Positions 1 through 13,270 of a stretch of 64,000 bases of DNA are shown one piece after another. The number at the start of each line of letters is the position of its first letter. Position 1 is the stretch's first letter. The notes beneath the pieces were generated by a model that did not search any database, had not been told where the DNA came from, and saw nothing but the letters and a program-made list of their open reading frames with translations. The DNA lies in NCBI RefSeq assembly GCF_037042905.1, contig NC_087252.1:8124001-8188000 (forward strand), in the 5' to 3' direction. The translations under genes and the position numbers were made by a program. The stretch comes from Lytechinus pictus (Eukaryota).

Positions 1-1423
1 CCTACGTGTCGCTGGTATAAAGGAAACCGTCTGTTTTCTCGTTTCTATCAACGTGTCACTTGCGAACTTGTACCAGAACTTGTTGGGAATTAGAGGTGAA
101 ACCGGGGGGGGGGGGGGGAGGTCACCCCCCCCTTTACGGATTGATCATCTCGCCTTTTAAACTAATAAGGAATGAGTTCATGGTCGAACACAGCGCCGGG
201 GGCAGGGTGTAGTTGCCCCCTGAAATTGTGGAAAGTTAATTGCACTTTTTACTTTAAAAAAATCCCCCAATTCACCTATAGTAGGCCTATATGCACGAAA
301 TCCTTCATTTTCATTTTACAAAATACGAAAGCGCCCCAGTGGCAAGCTTGGTCAGTTCTCTCCGTGAAATAAAAGTTTGAAAAGGTTTACGCGTCCCGCC
401 CCCAGCCAAGTGCGTACGAACATGAATGTGTTTTTTTTATGAGATAATAATATCTAAAGTTTCCTCTTTACTTAAAAAATGTTGTTGTCGCAAGAGTTTT
501 GAAGAACAGGACCTATTTCCAATAGTATTTACAGACTTTTATATACTGGTATACATGATCGAAGAAGCATTTCGAAACCAAGTAATTGTTTTAAAATCAC
601 GCCCGTATATTCAGGGCCTGGTATGACTGATGATGCAACATTTCGAAAACAAACTGCGATTGAGCGAGGGGACAAAAACAAATTGACCTTTCAAACAAAA
701 AAAAATTGTGATAGATTCTGAGATGATGTTCAGAAAATGAAATCATATCTTAGCGCTTTTCCTTTACTTTTTCTTTCTGTTTCATTCATGAAATGTTTTG
801 GAGAAATATCGCCCGACCAAGCCCCTAACTTTTTAAAGGTCCTAGGATTTGCCGGGGGCTCTTTAAAAATCGGATAAAGAAGTGCTCCAAAGGGACAATG
901 GTGACCCCCCCCCCCCGCTGATTGACATCTGATCAGTCACAATTCGCGACCTATAGCTCCCCCTTCATTAACGAATTCCAGATACGCCTTTGAGACCAAT
1001 TGCCTTATTTATAGGCCTAAAAGTCAAGAGCAGTTGCCACCGATCAGCTGATCATTGCTTCCACTATAGCGATTCCGGGCAATTACTTCCAGTAGGCAAA
1101 ATGAGCACCACTATGCATTAAAAGACTGGATGTCGCGCCCCTTCTTTAAAAGACTATATATCCGCCCTTCCGATCCAGGTTTGATGTCATCCTTCGGGAT
1201 AGTGACAGTATGCTGTTCGGTATCCATAATGCACCCGACGTATAACATATAAAACTGCTGCTGCTTGACAAGTGGATGAAGGGGGGAGCTTACACTTGAA
1301 TTTGAGTCAAGCTGTTTTCCAAGTTACCATCGTCCCTTAAAGGCTCGGAATACGGCATTACCTCAAGGACGTTGCCACGGTTACATTTTCATCTTGCATT
1401 TCGATGAGGTCGATCAGGGAATC

Positions 1424-1541
1424 ATGGATCTCTTTCGGAGCAGACAGACGGTTCCAAATATTGTTATAGTGTTTTCGGGTGCTCTCTTCTTATACTGTGT
1501 GATTATATTGAAATCTTATCAGAGAAAACCGCCACCAACAG
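1424..1541 (+). CDS. DUF1647-like protein, coding exon 1 (N-terminal signal-anchor/TM)
   Basis: ATG 1424; MDLFRSRQTVPNIVIVFSGALFLYCVIILKSYQRKPPPT has a hydrophobic TM stretch; donor CAG|GTAAGA at 1542, phase 1, which joins exon 9449 in frame. Confidence 0.75.
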
Positions 1542-1957
1542 GTAAGATGGGGGAGGGGATGGCCGAGGAGGGAGAGGGGGGGGGGAAGATTTTCGATCGA
1601 TCTTGTTTAATTTTACGTCACAATGTTGTTTAAAAAATAAAAGGGGTCGCGGAACCGGGGTCGGGAGCCCTTAATGCACCGCCTCCCAAAAAACGTGGAG
1701 GTGACCCCCGGAGGTGACCATATCACTGGCCCCTCCACTGTTCCCGCCTGTGTATAGGCCTAGGCCTATACGTAGGCCTATACTATACGTTCATATGAAA
1801 AATAGCCCGACCTGCATGATGCTTATAATGAAAAACCATAAAATAATTTGATATCACGTATAAACATTTTATCATCAACAGATAAACATTGATGTACAAT
1901 GCACTTCCTGATGCAATCTCCTTATTTAACAAGTTTATGGGCGTATATAGGCCAATA

Positions 1958-2164
1958 CACTCTAAAAACAATGATTAATTTTTTAAATCAAATATTGGGT
2001 AAAAAGGGATCATGCATGCTTGCTGGGTATTTTTTTTGTACCCCGATTTGGCTATTTCACCGCTACACGGCGTAAAATTGACAAAATACCGGGTATCTTC
2101 TTACCCAACAACATGCATGTTCCTGTTTTACCCAATATTGGGTAAATCTTTTTTTTTTAGAGTG
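1958..2164. mobile_element. CMC/EnSpm-like MITE
   Basis: CACTCTAAAAA / TTTTTAGAGTG termini with internal inverted symmetry. Confidence 0.55.
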
Positions 2165-3020
2165 AAGGCCTATAAAATAAACTAGCCCACGACCCCTGCC
2201 TTGCTGTGGTAAAAATAAGTTAACTCAAAATATACTACAGCTAATAAGAAAGAAAAAGAGGTTGGACAATTATTTTACCAATCAAGTATAACATAGAAGT
2301 CACACTTTCCCGCCTTTTCACAGCAACAGAAAAAAATGACAGCGATTACTGACGTGATAGTAATAAGAATAATCAGAGTGTGAGTATATGTTAGGCCTAC
2401 CATCATAATCATTTCACAGTAATGAAGGATACAACTAACTTATTAAGACATACTATATAATCCATTGATTTTACTTATTAACTTTAAGATCTGAATGTAA
2501 TATCCCCGCGCTTGAGACTGGTCGATCCAATTTATTTGCTGACGAATCAAATCATTGCACAATCTGAGCTCAAATCGACTTGACCTAAATGTTGTATCAT
2601 ATTCCTGTTCCTTTGATACTCTCAGTCATTCAGTGTGCCATGCACTTCCGTTAGAGAATTTAACACGAACTGCATCCATATTTTGTCGGTCGACTATCTG
2701 GTTCCCGACCTTGCGATCGATATATTGAAATCAAAGTCAAATTCAGATTCAACACAAGTAGAAATGGCTATCATTCAGAGCTTATAATAAAAAAATACAG
2801 CACCTTTTGATCAGGCATAGAAGGTTTATATCATAAGGACCCGACATAAGGAGGATAAACCATATATATGCGCGCTATGGTCTTATATATATCATTGCCA
2901 TTTATAGCCCAATTGCAATTTTGTCTAATTTATGGTTTTAAGAAAATCAGGGCATTGAACTAAAAGCTACAGTTAAACAAAGTGAGTACTAGAAGAAGTG
3001 ATGATATATACACCCGGACA

Positions 3021-4179
3021 CAGTGGCGTACCGTGGGTCACGGCATTGGGGGGGGGGGGGCACCAGCAAAAAAATTGAGTCACTTAGTGAGCGCGCGAAG
3101 CGCGCCCAGTTGCCAGGTATACTGACCTAATAGAGACATTTTAAGGACAGTGCCATTTAACGGATATGTATCTCACTGGTAAAATAATGCGAGCGCGAAG
3201 GGACATTATAATCAATCTTTTGTAATCCTTATACGTACCTGTCTCGCTAAATAATGCGAGCGCGAAGCGCGAGCTGAAATTTTTGTAAATATTGACCCCC
3301 AAACAGAAAGATTTTAAGGACTATATTTTAGGAATTCATTAAGAGTATACACATCTCATCATAGTCATCTAATGCAAAGTGCCAATTAGCGCTTGCTGAT
3401 TTTGTTAGAATTACATCTAAACATGCACATAAAGCACTTGTAATCATGATTAAAATACCCATCTCACTAATCAAATCTTGCGAGCGCGAAGCGCGAGCTG
3501 AAAATTGAGGAAATTCAGACCTGAAGAGGGGCATTTTAAGGCTTGTTTGTAGGAATTCACGAAGACCATACGTAGTTCACTAACCAAGTGATGCGAGCGC
3601 GAAGCGCGAGCTGAAAATTTTTGATATTCAGATCAGAAAAAGGGACATCTTAAGGACTGATTCTAGGAATTCATGGAGAGCAGACATATTTCACCAATTC
3701 ACTACTGCGAACGTAAGCACGGACAGGAAATGTTTTATATTAAGACCTTAAAATGGGGCAAAGTAGTCATGAAAAAGAAGCATACTATTGTACAAAAAAC
3801 TATAATAACTCAAAGTGCGAGGAAATATATTTGGCAGTTTGGTGTATATTGACTTGGAAACGGGAGGTTTTAGTATAACAGGATTATATATCTCGATAAA
3901 CAGACAATGCGAGCACCAGGAACAATGACGACATATAGGCCCTGAGCAAATTATGCTTCATAAAGTTATGAAAAAAAATGTTTCTTATGTAATATAACAT
4001 AACATAATTATGATATAATATAACATTAGAATGAACAATAATGTCTTCTTTCCACTACGTTTCTCTTCCTTTCTCCCTCTTTTTCTCCTTTTCCCCGTTT
4101 TTTTTTTTTTTTTGGTTTTTTTGTCAGCCGATGGGGGCACGTGCCCCCCATGCCCCCCCCCCCCGTAGTTACGCCACTG
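3021..4179 (+). mobile_element. Non-autonomous hAT-like element, copy 1
   Basis: TIR CAGTGGCGTA / TACGCCACTG; internal GCGAGCGCGAAGCGCGAGCTGAAA repeats; degenerate TSD. Confidence 0.8.
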
Positions 4180-5540
4180 CGGCCGGACACACCCAAACGG
4201 TAAGAGAAGAAGCGAGTTTGTCATTTTGGTGGCGTTAGACGATATGAGTATTATAACATCTGTTATCAAGTGGAAGCAAACTTGTGTTATGAGTGTTAAG
4301 GTGGTGTAGCTAATATAGGCCTAATTTTTTCAATGGATATAGCCTACCTAAGTCGTTACATATTGGTTACTGGCTATGCTTGATTTCAATCTGCTTCATG
4401 TCTGGAAATCGGGTTATATACCCTTGACCTAAACTAAACGGTATCAAGAGTCTGACATGACTGTCTGAGCAACTCTTTATACAACATCATATGTATAAAA
4501 GACTTGTCATGGGGGCGCTTTTGCATTTTAAAAGTTAGATTAAAAGATTTCGGGCACACTTTTGATGAGTTTTGTGACAATCAATTTTTCCAGTAAAAAG
4601 AACAAGTTTTTACCCCCTTTTTGGGGTGGTGGGTGGGGATGGGGGTAACTGCTCCCTGTGGCCCCACGTTGTATGGCGAAGGTATAAGGTATGTGGTTCT
4701 AAGCGATGGATACGATGCTGGATGATTATACTAGTATTTCTCGACATTGAAATGATGATTGATCAATACTTTAAAGGAAGAAGAGGAAGGATATACGGAT
4801 CGAGGTCGGAGACTCTATTTCAATATTTAGCCCGCGGATTTAGGTTTTGAAATGATCAAGTGTACAATTATATCGCATAAGCATATCTGAATACTGCTCT
4901 TGGATATATATATATATATATATACTTTGAATTTGCTTAAAATTGTATATTAATCGCTGTTCAGCTTTATGTGAACACTATCCTCACAAACAGGGGCCTG
5001 CATTCACCTCCCCTGCCCCTGAATGAATTTCATACAGAAGGCATGATATATAGGTCAAATGTGATGTGTGTGGTGTCTTTAACATGCACTTTTAACCATA
5101 ATCCTTTTCAAAATTATGATCATTCTTCTAATATGAGATAGATAACTTCTTCATGCTCTTCCCCCTCCATCACAGCTATGGTACGCCCCTCCTTGTGTTT
5201 CGTGTTAAATATCTCCATTTGCAGCAAAGCCCTCCTTGTTCAGTTCTTAAGCTATGGTTTCAGATTTTCGTATACGTGCCACAAATTATAGGCTTATACC
5301 CTTTCCAATTCTGAGTACCTCCTTTTCGTTTTTTAAAATAGTAAATACATGTAAAGAGCGTGAAAATATTACCATTAAATTGTGATTTTATATACCCATA
5401 TTCAGCACCCGCCCCCATTTTAAAATTCGTTGTCAGACCCTTGCTCCCATTTCCTTCCACCCATCCTCTTTAATTCCTCCCAACTCGTCATGCTCGCGGC
5501 TCATTCTCCGCCCCGCACCACTCTTCCTCTATCCCCCTAC

Positions 5541-5943
5541 GGTAAATTGCCAATTTGTCTATATACTGCCAGCTCGTCCACTCACCACATATGGTCTACT
5601 TTCATTTAGTCTACTGTATATGCCATTCCATTTTTGTCTAACAACCGTTTGATCCAATAACCATTTGGACCAATCATCCGTTCGTCTAAACCACCATTTC
5701 GCCTATGACCATTTCGTCTCATAACCAGTTGGTCTAATATCCATTTCATTTTTCGTTCATTTTGCACAATTAGATTAAAAATGAAGGGTATATGGACTAA
5801 ATGGCTATTGGATCATTGGTTATTAGACGAAATGGTGAGTGGACTTCTTGGCAATTCGACCATGTGGATACGATGGTAGACTAAATGATAGTAGACGAGT
5901 TGGCAATTGGACGAATAGGCATTAGACGAATTTGGAATTAACC
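5541..5943. mobile_element. MITE with TTCGTCTA/TAGACGAA subterminal repeats
   Basis: GGTAAATT...AATTAACC termini; 5-bp TSD CCTAC; mirrored short repeats. Confidence 0.65.
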
Positions 5944-6768
5944 CCTACCACTCCTGCCGAAATTCCAATCACATTATTATATACCCCTCTTGTTTTGACG
6001 CTGCATGATGTTCGTGACCTTATTCATGAACTTGATTGACCTCAATGACCTCACATCTTCAGGGAAATGAAAATAACATCTGTTTCTTTATTTTCGTCTC
6101 CGCAACCCTCGACCAGCCCTGGCTCGTCTGATTCCATAGGTGTGATGAGTTTTAAAGATAAAGTTGAGCCAATATTAGCGATCAATCGTACGCTTGATTT
6201 TTAAGATTGATTGTACATTATAGTCAATGGAATCAATCGTAGCAAAATGTTCTACGATCATTGCTGAGCTTTGTGTCACATTTCAGAGTAAGATATGATA
6301 ATGATAAACCATATGAAAAACGATTAATATGCAAATGAAAGAGTTGACGATCGATGTCACTTATTCACTATTTATGTTGATTATAATAATTATTATTTCG
6401 AATTGGCAATTACTCGGCATGCGAATCCACATGTTTAGGGAGGAGTCCAACTATTACCCACTTTATGATAAGGAGAATATAAAAGTTTTCATATTTTTAA
6501 AGTTTTCATTTTTGTATAATACAAACCAAAAGAAATAGTGGGCGGGTGACGTCATCGCAAGCGGCGGATGTGCAAACTTCGAAACGTCATATACTTCTGA
6601 TTTTGATGAAAATTAATATTCAGCGTCTAGCTTGTTTGATTTTTTTTCCTTTTCATTCAAATTGATTTATTTATTGGGGCGTATTCTTTGTTTAAGTGAG
6701 GAAAGTTAAGGGATTTATCTTCAGTTTACAATACAGGCCACCCCTATCTGCCTATTGGTGTATTGTTG

Positions 6769-7042
6769 CAGGGGCGGCTCCGGGATTTGATGGGGGAGGG
6801 GCGCCCGGGTGCAATACAACCTCAAAGTTACTTCGTTTTTATTCTCTCGGATGATATTACTGGGGTAAATAAGAGTTACACGATTCACATACCTCTCAAA
6901 AGTGTTATTTTTATATTCCCCCTTTCTTCCACATTCTTCCTCTGCACCCCTCCTCCCTTTTCAAAATTAATCGTATAAAGCTATGGTGGGGGCCGGGGGA
7001 GGGGGGGGGGGTGTGCCCCTGTCCCCTGTAGCGATGCCCCTG
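6769..7042. mobile_element. hAT-like MITE
   Basis: CAGGGGC...GCCCCTG termini; TSD TATTGTTG/TTTTGTTG. Confidence 0.65.
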
Positions 7043-7065
7043 TTTTGTTGTGTTGGTGTTATAAG

Positions 7066-8275
7066 CAGTGGCGTAATTACGGGGGGGGGGCATGGGGGGC
7101 ACGTGCCCCCCAATCGGCTGGCCAAAAAAAAGGAGAAAAAGAGGGAAAAGGAAAATAAACGTAGTGGGAAAGAAGAAATTATTGTTCATTATAATGTTTA
7201 ATTATATTATAATTATGTTATGTTACTGTATATTACATTAAAAAAAACGTTTTTTTAATAACTTTATGAAACATAATTCGCTCGGGGCCTATGCCTTCAT
7301 TGTTCCTTGTGCTCGCATTGTCTGTTTAACTAGATATAATAGATCAAATAATTTTTTTTTTTCGGAATACTATAGTTTTCAAGTATATTTGAGAGACGTG
7401 ACGTTGATGTCAAGTCAAGTCAATATACACCAAATATATTTCCTCGCACTTCGAGCTATTATTGTGTTATGTAGTGACATATGCTTCTTTTTCATGACTA
7501 CTTAAAGTGATCGCCCCATTTTAAGGTCTTAATATAAAACATTCCTGTCCGTGACGTTCGCATTAAAGGATTGGTGAGATATGTCTTCTCTTCATGAATT
7601 CATAAAATCGGTCCTTAAAATGTCCCTTTTTCTGATCTGAATATCACAAATTTTCAGCTCGCGCTTCGCATCATTTGGTTACTGAAATACTATGGTCTTA
7701 GTGAATTCCTACAAACAAGCCGTAGAATGCCCCTCTTCAGGTCTGAATTTCCTATATTTTCAGCTCGCGCTTCGCGCTCGCAATATTTGATTAGAGAGAT
7801 GCGTATGATAATCATAAATACAATGACTACAAAAAGTGCTTCATGTGTTTAGATGTAATTCTAACTAAATCAGCAAGCGCTTGGCACTCGCATTAGATGA
7901 CTATGGTGAGATATGTCTACTCTTAATGGATTCCTAAAATATAGTCCTTAAAATGTCCCTGTTTGGGGTCAATATATACAAAAATTTCATCTTGCTCTTC
8001 GCGCTCGTATTGTTTGTTTAGCGAGACCGGTACGTAACATGATAACAAAAATTTGCTTATAATGTCCCTTTCCAGGTCTGAATATCAACGATTTTCAGCT
8101 CGCGCTTCGCGCTCGCATTATTTGATCAGTAAATACGTATCTGTTTAATGGCACTGTCCTTAAAATATCTCTATTAGGTCAGTATACCTGGCAACTAAGC
8201 GTGCTTCGCGCGCTCATTCAGTGACAAAATTTATGCTGGTGCCTCCCCAATGCCGTGACCCACGGTACGCCACTG
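7066..8275 (-). mobile_element. Non-autonomous hAT-like element, copy 2 (inverted relative to copy 1)
   Basis: Same TIR and internal repeats; 8-bp TSD GTTATAAG/ATTATAAG. Confidence 0.82.
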
Positions 8276-8363
8276 ATTATAAGCTATGTCTGTCTGCGAT
8301 GAAAGTGTCACTTGAGAAATAGAGAGGCAGGAACAAATCGCTCCGCCCCTCCTCCCTTTCGAT

Positions 8364-9023
8364 CCCGCTTCCATTGACGAGTGGATACCATGCGCGACCA
8401 CGGGGTCTTGAGAAGCACCCTAAACACGTATTTTCCATATTCTGAAAATGCACCCCTTAACAAGTATTGGCGTGTGAAACCCTACCCTTAACAAGTATTG
8501 GAAACAAATACTATTGGCAAGTATTCCCAGAACTGAGCCCCTAAACAAGTACAGCGATGTATTTTCCATATTCTGAAAATGCACCCCTTAACAAGTATTG
8601 GAAACAAAACGATACTCTTAGCAAGTATTCCCTGAAATGAACCCCTAAACAAGTACAGATATATTGTATTTTTATGTCACGCGTCCATCGGTCGTCGGTT
8701 TTACCTTTAGACACCATTATTTTGGTTAAGTACGGCCCCATCTTCCACACCTCGCGCAAATCGGACTCTAAACACGTAGTGTTGGGGCAAAAAGGACATC
8801 CTTTATAAAACATTTTGATTTTGTTTTATCATCCCCGCACATTTGACCCTAAACACGTATATTTTTCCGGGCAAAATAGATACCCTTTTTTCAATATGTT
8901 TGTGTTTTTGACACCCTTATCACGTTACGTACGTAACGTGCCCTACCTTGAAAAAGACATCCTTTTTACATGTTTTTTTGGTCGCGCATGGTATCCACTC
9001 GTCAATGTAAGTGGCCCCCCGGG
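8364..9023 (+). mobile_element. CCC...GGG MITE family A, copy 1
   Basis: TIR core TTGACGAGTGGATACCATGCGCGACC; perfect 8-bp TSD CTTTCGAT. Confidence 0.85.
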
Positions 9024-9448
9024 CTTTCGATGGATGAGGTTGCATGTCCATGGGTAACGCCTGGTGCCCCCTTTAATCGAGGTCAATCATTATGTGGAAC
9101 GCGTTCTCATTCGACTCTTTCTCCTGCCCATTAAATCTTTCAAAACTATTATGTTAATTCAACTCCACTAACATTATTTAAAAACGTGATATATTATCTC
9201 CAATGTGATTTAAATCTAGACCCCAAAATCGTTATGTGAAGACAAATTACCATTCAACGCATTCGACTAATATTTTGAATTTAAAGTGAAATCATTATCA
9301 AAATTTGAATGTCGGGCTATTTGCTGTTTTAAGTCAATAATTCGCCTCTATTTCATGATGATGTTAAAATATGTATTCAAAGCCCTTTAAAACATAACCT
9401 AGACAACCATTAGGCATGCAGCTGTCTCTTTCGTCATTTTCTTTACAG

Positions 9449-9747
9449 GAGAACCCGTTGACTGGATGCATCTTCCACCGAGACCTCACTTCCCTAAACA
9501 CATCCCCATCCCGCTTCCATCGCCTACACCCTTCGACGGGCTCGACCCGGCCATCTTCACAACAAACCGGACAATCGAAGACCCGGTCATCTTGGAGCGG
9601 TTGTACCGGCAGCTTCGGATCGTAACCGCTTTTTCTCAGAACCATTACAAGGAGGCACTGGGACTCATTGGAACGGTGCAGAAAGAGATGCCGGATAAGG
9701 ATCTTGTGATTTACGATCTCGGGATAGATGCGGATACTTTATACAAG
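9449..9747 (+). CDS. DUF1647-like protein, coding exon 2
   Basis: Acceptor tttctttacag|, phase 1; Pro-rich stem then IVTAFSQNHYKE...LVIYDLG, typical of DUF1647-type GT-A-like proteins; donor AAG|GTAGCC, phase 0. Confidence 0.88.
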
Positions 9748-9774
9748 GTAGCCGATATATGAGTATTAGGCCTA

Positions 9775-10212
9775 GTGATACTGACGACGGCGACGATGAT
9801 GATATTGATGAAAATAAAATGTATGATGATATGTATGATATTGGTGATGATGGCGACGATGACGATGATGACGAAGAAGATAGCGATGAGAATGGTGATA
9901 TGATTCGAAGGTCTGCTGATAATGATGATGACGATTATGATGATGTTGACGATCGATGATGACGATGTTGATGATGACGATTATAATGGCGCTGACGGTG
10001 ATGATGACTGAGAAGATGACGAGGATGAGAACGGTGATGATGACAAGAAAGAGATTGATCTGTTGATAATAATGGTTATAACGGGGATAATGATGATGAG
10101 GGAAGAGAAGAAGAAAAAGAAGATGAAAGAGATGGTGAAAAAGATGATGACTGATGCAGATGAAGACGACTATTATTATTATGGTTAAGTGATGATGATG
10201 GTGATGATAATC
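9775..10212. repeat. Degenerate (GAT/GAC/GAA)n microsatellite
   Basis: Long imperfect trinucleotide run in intron 2 of the DUF1647-like gene. Confidence 0.85.
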
Positions 10213-10415
10213 TCGATCTTGTCGTTCTTGAGTCTTACTATACTGCTGATTACCGTAGCAAACTTACAATAATCATTACATCCGCATGTACTTGGATACA
10301 TATATGTATACAGTACACCCACACTCGCAGCCCCATACACTAAAAATGTTTTACTGCTGAAAAGCAAAAAATAATTTAGAACTAATCTTTTTTTTTCTTC
10401 GTCCATGATTAACAG

Positions 10416-10520
10416 GTTAAAAAGCTGTGCCATGTTGAAGTAAGAAGTTTTCCGTTTGATGAATATCCACCCCATGTGAAGGACCTTCATACATACGCGT
10501 GGAAAGTCATCATTATTAAT
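10416..10520 (+). CDS. DUF1647-like protein, coding exon 3 (absent from the ORF track)
   Basis: aacag|GTT...AAT|gtaaga; 105 nt = VKKLCHVEVRSFPFDEYPPHVKDLHTYAWKVIIIN, the YP.HV..L.TYAWK motif expected between YDLG and WxDTS. Confidence 0.9.
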
Positions 10521-10544
10521 GTAAGAAAAGAAATGGTCTGGTAG

Positions 10545-10858
10545 CAGGGCGGATCCAGGGTTTACCAAAAGGGGGGGGGGGAGGCAAATTTTTCCCGAGG
10601 AAAATTTGACAAGCAAGCAAAGAAAAAAACAGTTACCACCAAAAAATGAAGGTAATTTCGTCCACGAATAATTTGACAACTAAAAAAGGGTCCTCACTTC
10701 TATATGAATGACATATATCCATTAAAAATATGTACCTTTCAAGTGGGGGGGGGGGGGGGGGGCACACTTGTGTAAGAACGGCATATTTACATTAAAAAGT
10801 TGACTATGGCTCTTCAAAAGGGGGCGCGAGCCGGATGTGCCCCCTGGATCCGCCACTG
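10545..10858. mobile_element. hAT-like MITE
   Basis: CAGGGCGGATCCAGGG / CCCTGGATCCGCCACTG termini. Confidence 0.65.
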
Positions 10859-10909
10859 CTGGGGAGTATAACATGAAATAAATAGACAATCGTTTTTCAT
10901 CGACTTTAA

Positions 10910-11479
10910 AGGGATGGTCCGGGCTGAAAGCATGTATAGCTTAATAAATAGAGTAGAATTCAATGAGCAAAATGCCGAAAATTTCATCAAAATCGGATAA
11001 CAAATAACAAAGTTATTGATTTTTTTAGTTTAGCAATATTTTGTGAAAACAGTCGTCATGAATATTCATTAGGTGGGCTGATGATGTCACACATCCACTT
11101 GTTCTTTTGTATTTCATTATATGAAAATAGGTTTATTGAAATTTTTTCCTCCAAGAACTAGAAAAATTGGATTGACAACTGATTTAGTGCATTAGATATT
11201 TATTGACATTATAAGGGAGACATATTATTCACACAAGTATGAAATAATGAAAAAAATATGATTTTATGTAATAACATAAGAAAACGGAAAGTGGAGATGT
11301 GACATCATCAGCCCACCTAATGAATATGCATGACGACTGTTTTCACAAAATATTGCTAAACTTTAAACTTCAATAACTTTATCATTTGTTATCCGATTTT
11401 GATGAAATTTTCGGCATTTTGCTCAGTGAATTCTACTCTATGTATTAAGATATAAATATTTTCAGCCCGGACCATCCCT
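10910..11479. mobile_element. Kolobok-like MITE (TTAA target)
   Basis: TTAA|AGGGATGGTCCGGGCTGAA ... TTCAGCCCGGACCATCCCT|TTAA with long inverted arms. Confidence 0.8.
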
Positions 11480-11934
11480 TTAAGCTCCCCATATCATTGC
11501 ATCTGATTGGCTTAGAGTAAATTTGTCAGTGGAAATCGCTGGATCATCTTGGCCCCAGTTAAATTGATTATGGGCTGATATGTTCTGTTATTTGCAATTA
11601 TTGTAAAAAAAGAAGAAGAAAACACCGACACAATCGATCACTAAGTTCCATGTTCGATTTTATTCTAAATTCGCGTTGTGACAAAATCAGAATATATAGA
11701 TTTATATATCTTAGACAGTATTTTCTAGATATTAAAAAATATCTTTATATATTATATTGGGTCTCAAAATGGAGTAGGTCTATTTGTAATCGGACTATAC
11801 AGATGTTCTTTACATTCGTTATTTTTTATGAATCCTTAAATAAATAACTGCATGTTTTAATTCATCAAAACTTATCTATAGGGTTCGAGAGATAAAGTGA
11901 GACGACACAGGTTATGTTGAATAAATTTCCTATA

Positions 11935-13152
11935 CAGTGCGTCCCACAAAAAACGAAACCGAGATTTATCGATGATTTTAAAAAGTTCAATATCTGCTCT
12001 TTAATTTGATACCTAAATTACAGAAAATGGCCAAGAAATAACAAAGTTATGGTTATTTGAAATAAAGCTTGAATTTCAATAATTTCATAAAATGAAGAGG
12101 TTTTACAGGCTAGCGTTCCGAGTCACTCGACACTCCGTTTTGTTGACGATCAGCCATGCATTAAGTCTTTTGTTAAAGGAGAATGAAACTCTTGGAGTAA
12201 GTTAGCTTTTGTGAAAGCAGAAAAATCAAAGAATAAGATGAACAAAAGTTTGAGTAAAATAGGACTAGCAATAGAAGAGTTATGAGCATTTGAATGTCGA
12301 GATCACTAATGCTATGGAGATCCTCCTTTTGGCAATGCGACCAAGATCTATGATGTCACAGATGAACAACTCTCCCCTTTTGGACACTGAAAATATACCC
12401 CAAAACATCTCTTTTTGCTCATTCTAATCATATGACAAAATGATTCATCAATGATATAATGTTGTGAAACCTCTGTACTTGTCCTCTCATAAAGAGAACA
12501 CCTCACCTTGTGATAGACTCTATAAAAGTGAGAATATAAGTGAAATAAGTACTAAAGTAATGAGGGAGTTGTACGTGTGTGACATCACAGATCTTGGTCG
12601 CATTGTCAATGGGAGGATCTACATGGCATTAGTGATCTCAATATTCAAATGCTCATAACTTTCTTATTATTCATTCAATCTTCCTCAAATTTTCAACAAT
12701 ATGTTTCTTTGATTTTCTCTTTGATATGGATTCAGCTGGTTTCAAGGGTTTCATTCTCCTTTAACCATGCGATAGCTTCTGTGGGAAACCGGTGAAAACA
12801 CATTTATTTGATGAAATTATGGAAATACAAGCATTGTTTCGAGGGAACAGAACTGTTTTACTTCTTGACAATTTTCTGTGATTAAGGTATCAAATAAAAG
12901 AGCAGATATTGATCTTTTTAGAAATGTGGTTTTCTTTTTGAAATTCAGATACCCCCGCAAAATGAGTTTTTGGTATCCTATCTTCAAATTGTTTTTGCTC
13001 ACTCATGCGTGAATGAGGAATAATCTTAGTAATTTCAGATGAAAGAAGAGATTCTAAGCTTTACAATGGTATGTCATTTATCAATTGTATTTGTGATTAA
13101 GTTATGATAAATCATCGATAAATCTCGGTTTCGTTTTTTGTGGGATGCACTG
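11935..13152. mobile_element. Tc1/mariner-like MITE carrying a nested Kolobok-like element
   Basis: TA|CAGTGCGTCCCACAAAAAACGAAACCGAGATTTATCGATGATTT and its inverse ending CACTG|TA. Confidence 0.8.
12177..12760. mobile_element. Kolobok-like MITE nested in the Tc1/mariner MITE
   Basis: TTAA|AGGAGAATGAAAC ... GTTTCATTCTCCT|TTAA. Confidence 0.8.
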
Positions 13153-13270
13153 TATAACGGTTACTGCCATTAGTAACGACAATACTAGCATAATGCCAAT
13201 TAAAATCAAGTAGGTTTAGTGATTGTTTCTTTATGTTTTTTTGTTGTTGTTTTGTTTTGCATTCTGTCAG

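Noticed and set aside
1..100. TATA box plus first non-coding exon of the DUF1647-like gene
   Set aside because: TATAAAG and a weak GAG|GTGAAA donor are present, but nothing links them to the gene without transcript data.
6063..6139. Extra exon in intron 1 of the DUF1647-like gene
   Set aside because: The candidate acceptors give stop codons in the required phase 1; exons 1 and 2 already join in frame.
9759..9959. Asp-rich ORF as an acidic (biomineralisation-type) protein
   Set aside because: It is an intronic (GAT)n microsatellite just after a donor site; the flanking exons join in frame without it.
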